Part shown: piece after piece, positions 25,232 to 33,814 of the stretch
How positions within the stretch are numbered: the first letter of the stretch is position 1
How the letters are laid out: every line of letters starts with the position of its first letter
Source of the DNA: Gemmatimonadales bacterium
Lineage (GTDB): Bacteria > Gemmatimonadota > Gemmatimonadetes > Gemmatimonadales > GWC2-71-9
NCBI GenBank assembly: GCA_036391215.1
Contig: DASWAI010000096.1
Span: 1-35,229 of the forward strand
DNA: 35,229 nt
Direction: 5' to 3'
Program-made: the position numbers and the translations under genes
Notes under the pieces: model-generated
Told to the model about the DNA's origin: nothing
Database searches by the model: none
The model's input: the letters and a program-made list of their open reading frames with translations, nothing else

Positions 25232-25342
25232 GCAAGCGGTGTTTTCCACATCACAAAACGTTCGTTGGGAGCCGGTTTCCTCCTTTCTCCACCCGACCGG
25301 TTTCCTGGGGAAAAGTGACGCAGCCGCCGATATGACCCGGCC

Positions 25343-26470
25343 TCAGGCCCCTCCGGCGGGGGTCAGACGGTCCAGGGCGGACTCGATCGCCCGGTCGTCC
25401 GCAGCCACGGTCCACTGCTCGCCCGGGAACATGGTGCCCACGTCGCGCGGGAGGGCGAATCGCACTCTCGCCGCCCGGTTCTTCTTGTCCGCTGCCATCG
25501 CGGCCAGCACCCGGCCGCGGGGCAGCCCGTCTTCCAGCCGGACCGGAAGTCCCAGGCGCCGCAGCAGCGCGGCTACCTCGGCGGCGAGCCCCCGGCGCCC
25601 GATGCCCATCGCCTCCGCCAGCTCGCACTCCGCCACCAGGCCGAGGGCCACGGCTTCCCCATGGGCGAGAGCGTAGCCGGATGCGTGCTCGACCGCGTGA
25701 GCCACCGTGTGGCCGGCGTTCAGGATGGCGCGGCGGCCGCCCTCTCGCTCGTCCTCGCCGACCACGGCCGCCTTGATCTCGACGCTGCGGCGGACGAGCG
25801 TCGCCAGCGTGGTCTCGTCGCGCCGCGCGATCGCGGCCGCCGATTCGCCCAGCCAGGCGAAGTACCCGGCGTCGGCGATCAGCCCGTGCTTCACCGCCTC
25901 GGCCAGGCCCGCGCGGTACTCGCGCTCGGGCAGGGTCCGGAGGACGAGGGGATCGGCGACCACCGCCGCGGGCGGATGGAACGCACCGACGAGGTTCTTG
26001 CCGTGCGGCGTGTCAACGCCCGTCTTCCCGCCGACGGATGCGTCGAGCATCGCGAGCAGCGTGCTGGGCACCTGGAGGCAAGGGATGCCCCGGAGGTAGG
26101 TCGCGGCCACGAAGCCGGCCAGGTCGCCAATCACGCCGCCACCCAGGGCGACGATGGCGCTGTCGCGCCCAAACCCGCGGTCCAGCAGCTGGTCCGAGAG
26201 GGTGGCCCACTGCGCCCGGTTCTTCGACTGCTCGCCGGCGGGCACCACGAGTTCGGCGCCGAAGACGGGCGGCTCGGCGCCGGCGCCGGCCCCGCGCCAC
26301 GGGCTCGGTCCCCCGCGGAACGCGTCGAAGAGCGGGCCGACGTTGGAGTCGGTGATGAGCGCGAGCCGCCGGCCGCCCAGGTGCTCGGCCGCCAGCGCCC
26401 CGAGCCGGCTCAGGGCGCCCGGCTCGACGATGACGGGGTAGCTGCCCAGCGCGTGGCGGACGGTCACCAC
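25343..26470 (-). CDS. aroB: 3-dehydroquinate synthase
   Basis: GGGVIGDLAGFVAATYLRGI, DASVGGKTGV and NAGHTVAHAVE motifs. GTG 26470. Confidence 0.9.
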   Translation of the reverse strand: MVTVRHALGSYPVIVEPGALSRLGALAAEHLGGRRLALITDSNVGPLFDAFRGGPSPWRGAGAGAEPPVFGAELVVPAGEQSKNRAQWATLSDQLLDRGFGRDSAIVALGGGVIGDLAGFVAATYLRGIPCLQVPSTLLAMLDASVGGKTGVDTPHGKNLVGAFHPPAAVVADPLVLRTLPEREYRAGLAEAVKHGLIADAGYFAWLGESAAAIARRDETTLATLVRRSVEIKAAVVGEDEREGGRRAILNAGHTVAHAVEHASGYALAHGEAVALGLVAECELAEAMGIGRRGLAAEVAALLRRLGLPVRLEDGLPRGRVLAAMAADKKNRAARVRFALPRDVGTMFPGEQWTVAADDRAIESALDRLTPAGGA

Positions 26471-27009
26471 GTCACGTCACCGACACCGGCGCGGTGATTG
26501 GCCAGGCGCGCGAGCGTGAACAGGAGATCCGACAGCCGGTTCAGATAGACCAGGAAGAGATCGGGGACCTCGTTCTCGTGGGCCAGCCGGACCACGCTGC
26601 GCTCGGCCCGGCGGCACACCGTCCGCGCGAGGTGGAGCGCGGCCGCCTTGGGTGCCCCGCCCGGCAGGACGAAGGCCCGGAGCGCGCCGAGCTCCTGGTC
26701 CGCGGCGTCCATCACGAGCTCGAACTCGCGGATCCGGTCGGGCGAAAGCGTGGCGCGCTCGAGCGCCTTGGCGACCTTGGCCGGATCGGGAGTGGCGAGG
26801 TGGCCGCCCAGGGAGAAGAGGTCGCGCTGCACCGCCTCGAGCAACGGATCGGCCAGCTCGGCCGGCGCGGTCGCGCGGGCGAGGCCGATCACGGCGTTCA
26901 GCTCGTCCACGTCGCCGTAGGCGGCGACGCGGAGGTGGTCCTTGGGCACCCGGACGCCGCCCAGAAGGCCGGTGCTGCCGGTGTCGCCGGTGCGGGTGTA
27001 GATGGGCAT
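26464..27009 (-). CDS. PduO-type ATP:cob(I)alamin adenosyltransferase
   Basis: The N-terminus MPIYTRTGDTGSTGLLGG is diagnostic. 181 aa. It overlaps the aroB start by 7 nt. Confidence 0.9.
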   Translation of the reverse strand: MPIYTRTGDTGSTGLLGGVRVPKDHLRVAAYGDVDELNAVIGLARATAPAELADPLLEAVQRDLFSLGGHLATPDPAKVAKALERATLSPDRIREFELVMDAADQELGALRAFVLPGGAPKAAALHLARTVCRRAERSVVRLAHENEVPDLFLVYLNRLSDLLFTLARLANHRAGVGDVTW

Positions 27010-27024
27010 GGGGCGAAAGGTACC

Positions 27025-27510
27025 CTACAGCATCTTCGGGCGGAGAAAGAACCGCAGGGCGCCTCCCCTCGCTTCCACCCGGTCCGTCTCGACGCAGAGC
27101 ACGCCGCTCTTGGGGAAGTCCACCGCGACTCCCTTCGGGCTGCCGGCGAGGAGGAGCGCCGCCAGCTCGTCGATCCAGGGCGAGTGTCCCACCAGGGCCA
27201 CCGCCGCTTTCCCTTTCCGCGGCCCGACCGCGGCGTCGAGCGCCGCGAGGTCGGGATCGGCGGCGAGCGCGGGGCAGGGCACCGCCGGCGCCAGGCCCAG
27301 GCCCTGGACGATGATCTCCGCCGTCTGAGCCGCCCTGAGCCACGGGCTGGTGAGCACGATCTCCGGCACCACGCCCGCATCGCGCAGCGCCCGCGTCACC
27401 TTGGCGTGCACCTTCCGCCCCTTCTCCGTGAGCGGCCGCAGGGTGTCGTCGGGCCACTGTGCAGGGTCGCGCTCGCCCGCGTCCGCGTGGCGCACCAGCA
27501 GGAGCAGCAT
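27025..27510 (-). CDS. sixA: SixA-like phosphohistidine phosphatase (histidine phosphatase superfamily)
   Basis: LLLVRHADAGE (RH motif) and LVGHSPW. ATG 27510 with GGAGGGAGGAGG upstream. 161 aa. Confidence 0.8.
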   Translation of the reverse strand: MLLLLVRHADAGERDPAQWPDDTLRPLTEKGRKVHAKVTRALRDAGVVPEIVLTSPWLRAAQTAEIIVQGLGLAPAVPCPALAADPDLAALDAAVGPRKGKAAVALVGHSPWIDELAALLLAGSPKGVAVDFPKSGVLCVETDRVEARGGALRFFLRPKML

Positions 27511-27530
27511 GGTTCCTCCTCCCTCCGCCT

Positions 27531-28886
27531 TCAGCGCGGCCGCTCGAGGCCCCGCGCGATGTCCCCGACCAGGCTGTCGATCGCGGCGACCATCATCCGG
27601 TTCGCGAGCGTGTGGTGGTTCACCAGAATGGCAAAGGTAACCCGCCGCCCGCCGGCCAGGTCCAGGTAGCCGGCGAGACCGTTCACGCCCGTGATGCCGC
27701 CCGGCTTGGCGGTGACGCGGCCCTCGATGCTCGTGCCCAGAAACCGGTTCCGGAGCGAGCCGCGCGCGCCCGAGCGGGGCAGGGCCGAGAGCAACGGCTC
27801 CATGGCCGGGTGGCGGTGGGCGAACAGGAGCACGCCCACCAGCGCCAGCGGGCTCACGGCGTTGGACGACGCCAGGCCCGAGCCGTCCACCAGCGCGAAC
27901 CGGGTCGAGTCCAGGCGGACCGAATCGATGAGGAACCGGCGCTCGACGGCGAGGCCCCGGGCCCAGGAGCCTTCTCCGCCGAACCGCCGGCCGAGCTGCT
28001 TGAGCAGCATTTCCGCGAACCAGTTCTGGCTGCTGTTGAGGATCGGGAAGATCCAGTCCCGGAACGGGCGCGACTCCACCTCGGCGAGGGGCGCGGTGGC
28101 CCGGGCCGCGTGGTAGGCGCTCGAGTCGGTCGTCGAGCGAGTCGTGCCGCGGACCGTGATGCCCGCGCCGGCCAGCGCGGCGCCGAACGCCCAGGCCGCA
28201 TAGAGATTCGGGTCCGGCAGCGCGAAGTACTCCGTGCCGCTGCCGCCGCCCTGCGGCACCCGGCCCTCGGCGCGGATCCGATCCGTCCCCGGGTCGCGGA
28301 AGAAGTCGAGCGTGGCGCCGGTGTCGCCCGGGATCACGACGGTCCGGTTTGCGAGGGTCACGTCGCCCAGGGCCGGCGTGAACGAGATGCGGGCCGGCTC
28401 GCCCACCGGCCCGGGGCTCCAGGCGATGTCCACGCTGTTGTCGTTGAAGGCCAGGCCCGACACCGGCGCCGCGTACCACCAGTTGAGGTCGTAGCCCTCC
28501 CACGCGGGGTGGACCAGCCTGGGCTCGAGCCAGCTTCCGTCCCCCACGAGGTCGCCGGCCACGGCGCGGATGCCGATCGCCCGGAGGGTATCCGCCAGTC
28601 GGCGGAGGGGAGCGGCCGGGTCGGTGGTGCAGGCGAAGGCGAGGGTCGTGTCGAGCCCGTAGCAGCGGCGGTCCATCGTGGGATCACCCCGCCCGTAGAG
28701 CACGAGGTCGCCCCGCACGACGCCGTCCGTCACCGGGCCGGCCGCGTACACGCTGGTCCGCACCGTGCCGTCCGGCGGCAGGCGCGCCGCCGCCACCGCG
28801 CTCACGAACAGCTTGGCCGTGCTGGCGGGGGCGAAGAGCCGGTCGGCATTCCGGCCATACAGCAGCCGGCCGCGGTCGTCCACCAC
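27531..28886 (-). CDS. dacB: D-alanyl-D-alanine carboxypeptidase/endopeptidase, PBP4 (S13) family; the annotated start is only the first canonical start codon
   Basis: PASTAKLF (SxxK) and DGSGLASSN (SxN). The reading frame continues upstream through a signal-peptide-like segment with no ATG/GTG/TTG (see findings). Confidence 0.85.
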   Translation of the reverse strand: MVDDRGRLLYGRNADRLFAPASTAKLFVSAVAAARLPPDGTVRTSVYAAGPVTDGVVRGDLVLYGRGDPTMDRRCYGLDTTLAFACTTDPAAPLRRLADTLRAIGIRAVAGDLVGDGSWLEPRLVHPAWEGYDLNWWYAAPVSGLAFNDNSVDIAWSPGPVGEPARISFTPALGDVTLANRTVVIPGDTGATLDFFRDPGTDRIRAEGRVPQGGGSGTEYFALPDPNLYAAWAFGAALAGAGITVRGTTRSTTDSSAYHAARATAPLAEVESRPFRDWIFPILNSSQNWFAEMLLKQLGRRFGGEGSWARGLAVERRFLIDSVRLDSTRFALVDGSGLASSNAVSPLALVGVLLFAHRHPAMEPLLSALPRSGARGSLRNRFLGTSIEGRVTAKPGGITGVNGLAGYLDLAGGRRVTFAILVNHHTLANRMMVAAIDSLVGDIARGLERPR

Positions 28887-29079
28887 GGCGATGCCCCAGA
28901 GGAACCGGTCGAGCGGCGCCGCGTCGAGGCGGCGGTTCAGCAGGCGGGCGAGCGGGCTCTGGGCCGCCAGCGGGACGGGGGGGCGGAGGGGAAGCCAGGC
29001 GAGCGCCAGCAGCGTGGCCAGCGAGGCGAGACCCGCCCGCCTCCGGTCCCAGGTCCGCCGGGCCTCCGTGCGGCCGTTC

Positions 29080-30000
29080 CTATTCGTACGCCACCCTCGG
29101 ATCCACCTTCGCGTAGAGCAGATCCACGGCGAGGTTCACCAGCACGAACACGAGGCTCAGGAACAGGATGCTGCCCTGTACCGCGGGCAGGTCGCGCTTC
29201 TCGATCGCGGTGAGCACGTAGCGCCCCACGCCGGGCCAGGAGAAGATCGTTTCGGTGAGGATCGAGCCGGTGAGGTAGCTGCCGAAGTCGAGCGCGAGGA
29301 CCGTGATCACCGGCAGCAGCGCGTTCCGGAGTCCGTGTCCCAGGATCACGCCGGTCTCGCCCAGGCCCTTGGCGCGGGCGGTGCGGACGAAGTCGCTCTG
29401 GAGCACCTCCTGCATCGTCGCGCGGGTCATGCGGGAGAGGAACGCGACCGAGCGCATGCCGAGGGTGAGGGCGGGCAGCACGAGGTAGGCGAAGCCGCCG
29501 TACCCCGAGGGCGGGAACCAGCGGAGCATCACCGCGAAGACCAGGATCAGGATGAGCCCGACCCAGTACACCGGAAAGGACACGCCGAGGTAGGCGGCGA
29601 GCGCGCTCGCCCGGTCCACCCAGCCGCGTGGTCGCCACGCCCCGTAGACGCCGATGCCGACGCCGACCAGCGTGGCGAAGAGCATCGCCGCGCCGGCCAG
29701 GCGCAGGGTAGCGGGAAAGCGCTCGAGCAGGTCGCGCAGGATCGGCCGGCCGGTGATGTACGACGTGCCGAGGTCGCCCCGCAGCACGCCGCCGACGTAG
29801 TGCGCGAACTGCTTGGGGAGCGGGTCGTCGAGGTGCAGCTGGGCCCGCAGCCGTGCCAGGGTCTCCGGGTCGGCCCGCTCGCCCACCATGGCCTGCACCG
29901 GATCGCCCGGCGCCACGTACAGCAGCAGGAACGTGACCAGCAGGACACCGAGGAGCGTGGGGACGAGGAGCAGCGCGCGGGTGGCGAGGACGCGGGTCAC
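29080..30000 (-). CDS. ABC transporter permease, DppB/OppB type
   Basis: GTG 30000 overlaps the binding-protein stop as GTGA. EAA-loop region FVRTARAKGLGETGVILGHGLRNALLP. 306 aa and six hydrophobic segments. Confidence 0.9.
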   Translation of the reverse strand: MTRVLATRALLLVPTLLGVLLVTFLLLYVAPGDPVQAMVGERADPETLARLRAQLHLDDPLPKQFAHYVGGVLRGDLGTSYITGRPILRDLLERFPATLRLAGAAMLFATLVGVGIGVYGAWRPRGWVDRASALAAYLGVSFPVYWVGLILILVFAVMLRWFPPSGYGGFAYLVLPALTLGMRSVAFLSRMTRATMQEVLQSDFVRTARAKGLGETGVILGHGLRNALLPVITVLALDFGSYLTGSILTETIFSWPGVGRYVLTAIEKRDLPAVQGSILFLSLVFVLVNLAVDLLYAKVDPRVAYE

Positions 30001-31553
30001 CGGGCCCGCCGCACGTCGGTCCATCGCTGGCCGCTGAAGATCGCGGGGATCCGCCACCCCGAGAGCTCGGGGCGCACGGCCCACACGTCCACGGGGAACC
30101 AGAGAAAGATCCAGGGGGCCAGGTCGAAGACGCGGGCGTCGATGGTGCGGGCCAGCCGGGCCTTTTCCTGCTCGTCCCCGGTGGCCCGCATCCGGACGAT
30201 CAGGCTGTCGAGCTCCGGATCGGACAGGAACGCGTAGTTGCCGCCCGGCCCCCTGTTCTTCGAGTGGAAGAGCGGGTACGTGAAGTTCTCCGCGTCGGGG
30301 TAGTCCGCGTACCAGTCGGTGAGGAGCAGGTCCACGTCGCCGTTCCGCGCCGCAGCCCGCATGCTGGCGGGGTCGCGCTCGACGATCTCCACGGTCACCC
30401 CCACCTGGGCCAGGCTCTGCTGCACCGCCTGCGCGATCCGGGCGTACTCGGGCAGGTGCGAGCGCCACAGCTGCACCGAGAAGCCCTTGGGGTAGCCGGC
30501 CTCGGCCAGGAGTTGCCTGGCCTTGGCGGGATCCAGCGCGTACGGGGCCCGGGTCGAGTCGTAGCCCGCGAGGCCGGGCGGAATCGCGCCGGCCGCGCGG
30601 ACGCCGCGGCCGGCCATGATGTTGCCCAGGAGCGTGCCGACGTCGATCGCCTGGTTGAGGGCGCGGCGCACCCGCGGGTCCTTGAGCGGCCCCCGGGTGG
30701 TGTTGAGCGCGATATAGAGATCGCGCAGCGCCGGCCGCCGCTGGAGCTCCGTCGCATGCTGCTCTTCCCAGCGCTTCGTCTCGCCGTAGGGCACCTCGAC
30801 TACGCTGAGCCGCCCCGCCTCGTATTCGGCCGCCCGGGTGAGCGGCTCCGGAATGATCCGGATCCGGAGCGTGTCCATGTGGGGCGCGCCGCCCCAGTAG
30901 CGCGGGTTCTTTGCCAGCACGATCTGGTCGTCGTGCGACCAGGAGACGAAGCGCCAGGGCCCGCTCCCGGTCGGGTGCTCGGCGAAATCGGAGGGGGTCG
31001 GGGTCGGCACGATCGCGGCCACGGGCATGGCCAGGAGCTTGGGGAAGATGTTGAGCGGCTCCTCCAGGGTCAGCACCACGGTGGAGTCGTCGGGCACCGT
31101 GATGCCGGGCACCGAGTCCGCTTCGCCGGCCGAGTAGGCCCGGGCGCCCTTGATCGGGAAGAGCGGCCAGCCCCGGCCGCCGGTGGACGACGGAGAGAGC
31201 GCCCGCAGAAACGACGCGCGCACGTCCCGGGCGGAGATCGGCCGGGCGTCCTGAAAGGCCGGCCCGCTCCGCAGGTGGAACGTGTAGATCGTCCCGGCGC
31301 GGTCGATCTCCCAGCTTCGGGCGAGCCCGGGCACCAGCCCGCCGTTCACGTCGAACTCGGTCAGGTTGTCGAAGAGGAGGGCCGCGACCTCGCCCGTGGG
31401 CACGTCGGTGGAGAGCGCCGGATCGAGCGAGCGCGGGTCGGAGCCGAAGTAGTAGTCGAGGGTAGTGGGCGAGGGCGGCGCCGCGCCGCCGCATGCGGAG
31501 AGGACGAGGAGCAGCAGGAGCGGCGGCCAGCGAGGGCCCATTGGCGTTGACAT
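29997..31553 (-). CDS. ABC transporter substrate-binding lipoprotein, family 5 (peptide/nickel type)
   Basis: Signal peptide with lipobox LLVLSAC. Length 518 aa and overall family-5 SBP-like sequence. ATG 31553, with an alternative ATG at 31541. Confidence 0.9.
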   Translation of the reverse strand: MSTPMGPRWPPLLLLLVLSACGGAAPPSPTTLDYYFGSDPRSLDPALSTDVPTGEVAALLFDNLTEFDVNGGLVPGLARSWEIDRAGTIYTFHLRSGPAFQDARPISARDVRASFLRALSPSSTGGRGWPLFPIKGARAYSAGEADSVPGITVPDDSTVVLTLEEPLNIFPKLLAMPVAAIVPTPTPSDFAEHPTGSGPWRFVSWSHDDQIVLAKNPRYWGGAPHMDTLRIRIIPEPLTRAAEYEAGRLSVVEVPYGETKRWEEQHATELQRRPALRDLYIALNTTRGPLKDPRVRRALNQAIDVGTLLGNIMAGRGVRAAGAIPPGLAGYDSTRAPYALDPAKARQLLAEAGYPKGFSVQLWRSHLPEYARIAQAVQQSLAQVGVTVEIVERDPASMRAAARNGDVDLLLTDWYADYPDAENFTYPLFHSKNRGPGGNYAFLSDPELDSLIVRMRATGDEQEKARLARTIDARVFDLAPWIFLWFPVDVWAVRPELSGWRIPAIFSGQRWTDVRRAR

Positions 31554-33814
31554 GCGAGCGTAAGGCCGTCAAACTAAGGAGCTTAGAGCATCGCGTCAAT
31601 CGCCGGCCGGAGCTTCCGGGGCCGGTCGTCCCTCCCCCGGAGTGCCGAATTCCGATTCACCCTGCTCGCCGTCCCCGGTCCGGCCTCGGAATCCCCGGAA
31701 CCGGGTTTCTTTTTCTCCTCGGCGCACTCGCGGCGGCCGAAGGGGCCGTCGCGCAGGAGCCGCAGCGGGTGGTGCGTCAGCTCAAGTTCGAGGGCAACGC
31801 GTCCATCGACAAGACGACGCTCGCCGCCGCGATCGGCACCACCAGCTCGAGCTGGTTCGCGACCTTCCCGCTCGTGCGCTGGATCGGACTGGGCGCCAAG
31901 CGCTACTTCGACGAGACCGAGTTCCGCCGCGACGTGCTCCGCCTCCAGGTGCTGTACAAGCGGAGCGGATTTCCCGACGTCACCGTGGACACGCTGGTGC
32001 GCCGCACCGACGACGACGCCTACGTGACCTTCCGGATCAAGGAGGGCCGGCCGGTCCTCGTGACCGATCTCGCAATCAGCGGGCTCGACTCGCTGCCGGA
32101 GGGCGCGCGCGACCGGCTGCTGCTCGATCTGCCGCTGCATCAGGGGGACGTCTTCAACCGCTACCTGATGCAGGCGACGGCCGACAGCATCGCCTCCCGG
32201 CTCAAGAACCGCGGGTTCCCCGAGGCGGCCGTCTACACCGGCTTCGTGAGCACCAAGGCCCAGTACACGGCGGACGTGACCCTCGACGTGTCGCCGGGCC
32301 GGCGCGTGCGGTTCGGCCCCGTGCGGGTGGAGGGCGTCCAGCGGCTGGACTCCTCGGTGGTGCGGGACCTGCTCGTGGCGCGGCCCGGGCGCTCGTACTC
32401 GCGGGACGAGCTGTTCCAGAGCCAGCGGAACCTGTACAAGAGCGACCTGGTCCGCTCGGCCACCGTGGGCATCGATTCGGCGAACTACACCCCGGGCGAC
32501 TCGGTTCCGATCCTGGTGCGGGTGGGCGAGAGCCCGCCGTTCCGGGTCCGCACCGGCGTGGGCTACGCCACCACGGAGTGCTTCCGGACCCAGGCGAACT
32601 GGACGGTGCGCAATTTCTTCGGGCAGGGCCGGGTGTTCGATCTCTCGGGCAACGTCTCCCGGATCGGCGTGGGGCGCCCGTTCGACTTCGGGCTCGACAA
32701 GAACATCTGCAGGGTGTCGCGGGAGGATTCGATCGGCTCGTCCCGCTTCAACTGGCAGCTCGCGGCCACGGTGCGCCGGCCGGCGTTCCTGTCGCCCAAC
32801 AACATCCTGAGCCTCTCGGCGTTCGCCGAGCGGCGGTCGGAGTTCAAGGTGTACGTGCGCTCCGACATCGGCACGACCCTCGAGCTGCTGCACGAGACGC
32901 CGCGCCGCCCGCTGCCCGTCTCGCTCGGGTACACCGTGTCCTATGGCCGCACCGAGGCGACACCGGCGAGCTTCTGCGCGTTCTTCAACGCCTGCACCCC
33001 GGACGTGATCGATCAGCTCCAGCAGCGGCGGCTGCTGGCCGCGCTCACCGCCCGGGTGAGCCGCCCCCGCGCCAACAGTCCCATCGATCCGACCCGCGGG
33101 TCGAACATGAGCCTCGAGGTGACCTACGCCTCGAAGCTCATAGGGTCCTCGTCGTTCCAGCAGTTCACCCGGGTCCTGGCCGACGCCGCGTGGTACCGGT
33201 CGCTCGGGGGCGGCGTGGTCCTGAGCTGGCACCTTCGGGGCGGGCTCATCTTCTCGCCTACGGTGGCGCTGGGCAGCCAGACCAACGCGTTCCTGCCGCC
33301 GGAGCAGAGGTTCTACGCCGGCGGCCCGAACGACGTGCGCGGCTTCGGTCGCAACGAGCTGGGGCCGGTGGTCTACGTCGTGACCTCGACCGCGCTGGCG
33401 CGGGTGGCCACGCCGGACCAGCTGTCGCCGGATTCGGTGCAGGTGGCTCCTACCGGGGGAAACACCCTCGCGGTGGGCAACGTCGAGCTCCGCTTTCCCT
33501 CGCCGATCCTCTCCTCCCGGATGCGGCTCGCCGCGTTCCTGGACGCCGGGATGCTCTGGGAGCGCGGCCGCCCCGACATCGCCCCCGCCCGGCTCCGCTT
33601 CACGCCGGGGATTGGGTTCCGGCTCGCCACGCCGCTCGGTCCCGCCCGGCTCGACGTCGCCTACAACCCGTACACCCTCCTGCCGGGCACGCTCTTCAGG
33701 ACCGACTCGAGCGGCGCCCTGACGAAGGTCCAGGACGGGTTCTTCGTGGACCGGCGCTCCCGGCTCTTCGGGGTCCCGCTCACCGTGCAGTTCTCGGTGG
33801 GGCAGCCTTTCTGA
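31493..33814 (+). CDS. Omp85-family outer-membrane protein (TamA/BamA-like); start uncertain
   Basis: POTRA-like repeats (VRQLKFEGNASIDKTTL..., YKRSGFPDVTVD, IKEGRPV) and a C-terminal beta-barrel ending ...VQFSVGQPF. 31493 is the only upstream ATG/GTG; in-frame TTG codons at 31541 and 31547 lie equally within the opposite-strand SBP gene. Any of these would add about 60-80 residues before the signal peptide. Confidence 0.8.
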   Translation: MRRGRGAAGAAASEGPLALTCERKAVKLRSLEHRVNRRPELPGPVVPPPECRIPIHPARRPRSGLGIPGTGFLFLLGALAAAEGAVAQEPQRVVRQLKFEGNASIDKTTLAAAIGTTSSSWFATFPLVRWIGLGAKRYFDETEFRRDVLRLQVLYKRSGFPDVTVDTLVRRTDDDAYVTFRIKEGRPVLVTDLAISGLDSLPEGARDRLLLDLPLHQGDVFNRYLMQATADSIASRLKNRGFPEAAVYTGFVSTKAQYTADVTLDVSPGRRVRFGPVRVEGVQRLDSSVVRDLLVARPGRSYSRDELFQSQRNLYKSDLVRSATVGIDSANYTPGDSVPILVRVGESPPFRVRTGVGYATTECFRTQANWTVRNFFGQGRVFDLSGNVSRIGVGRPFDFGLDKNICRVSREDSIGSSRFNWQLAATVRRPAFLSPNNILSLSAFAERRSEFKVYVRSDIGTTLELLHETPRRPLPVSLGYTVSYGRTEATPASFCAFFNACTPDVIDQLQQRRLLAALTARVSRPRANSPIDPTRGSNMSLEVTYASKLIGSSSFQQFTRVLADAAWYRSLGGGVVLSWHLRGGLIFSPTVALGSQTNAFLPPEQRFYAGGPNDVRGFGRNELGPVVYVVTSTALARVATPDQLSPDSVQVAPTGGNTLAVGNVELRFPSPILSSRMRLAAFLDAGMLWERGRPDIAPARLRFTPGIGFRLATPLGPARLDVAYNPYTLLPGTLFRTDSSGALTKVQDGFFVDRRSRLFGVPLTVQFSVGQPF

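Noticed and set aside
25155-25676. The 173-aa plus-strand ORF spanning the sigma/aroB intergenic region.
   Set aside because: Its second half is antisense to aroB and its first half covers the sigma promoter and leader. The translation is Ser/Arg/Ala-rich with no motif or RBS.
31576-31581. AAGGAG upstream of the Omp85 signal peptide as the ribosome-binding site.
   Set aside because: No ATG/GTG/TTG, and not even ATT/CTG, lies in frame 5-10 nt downstream, so it is probably fortuitous in this AT-richer spacer.
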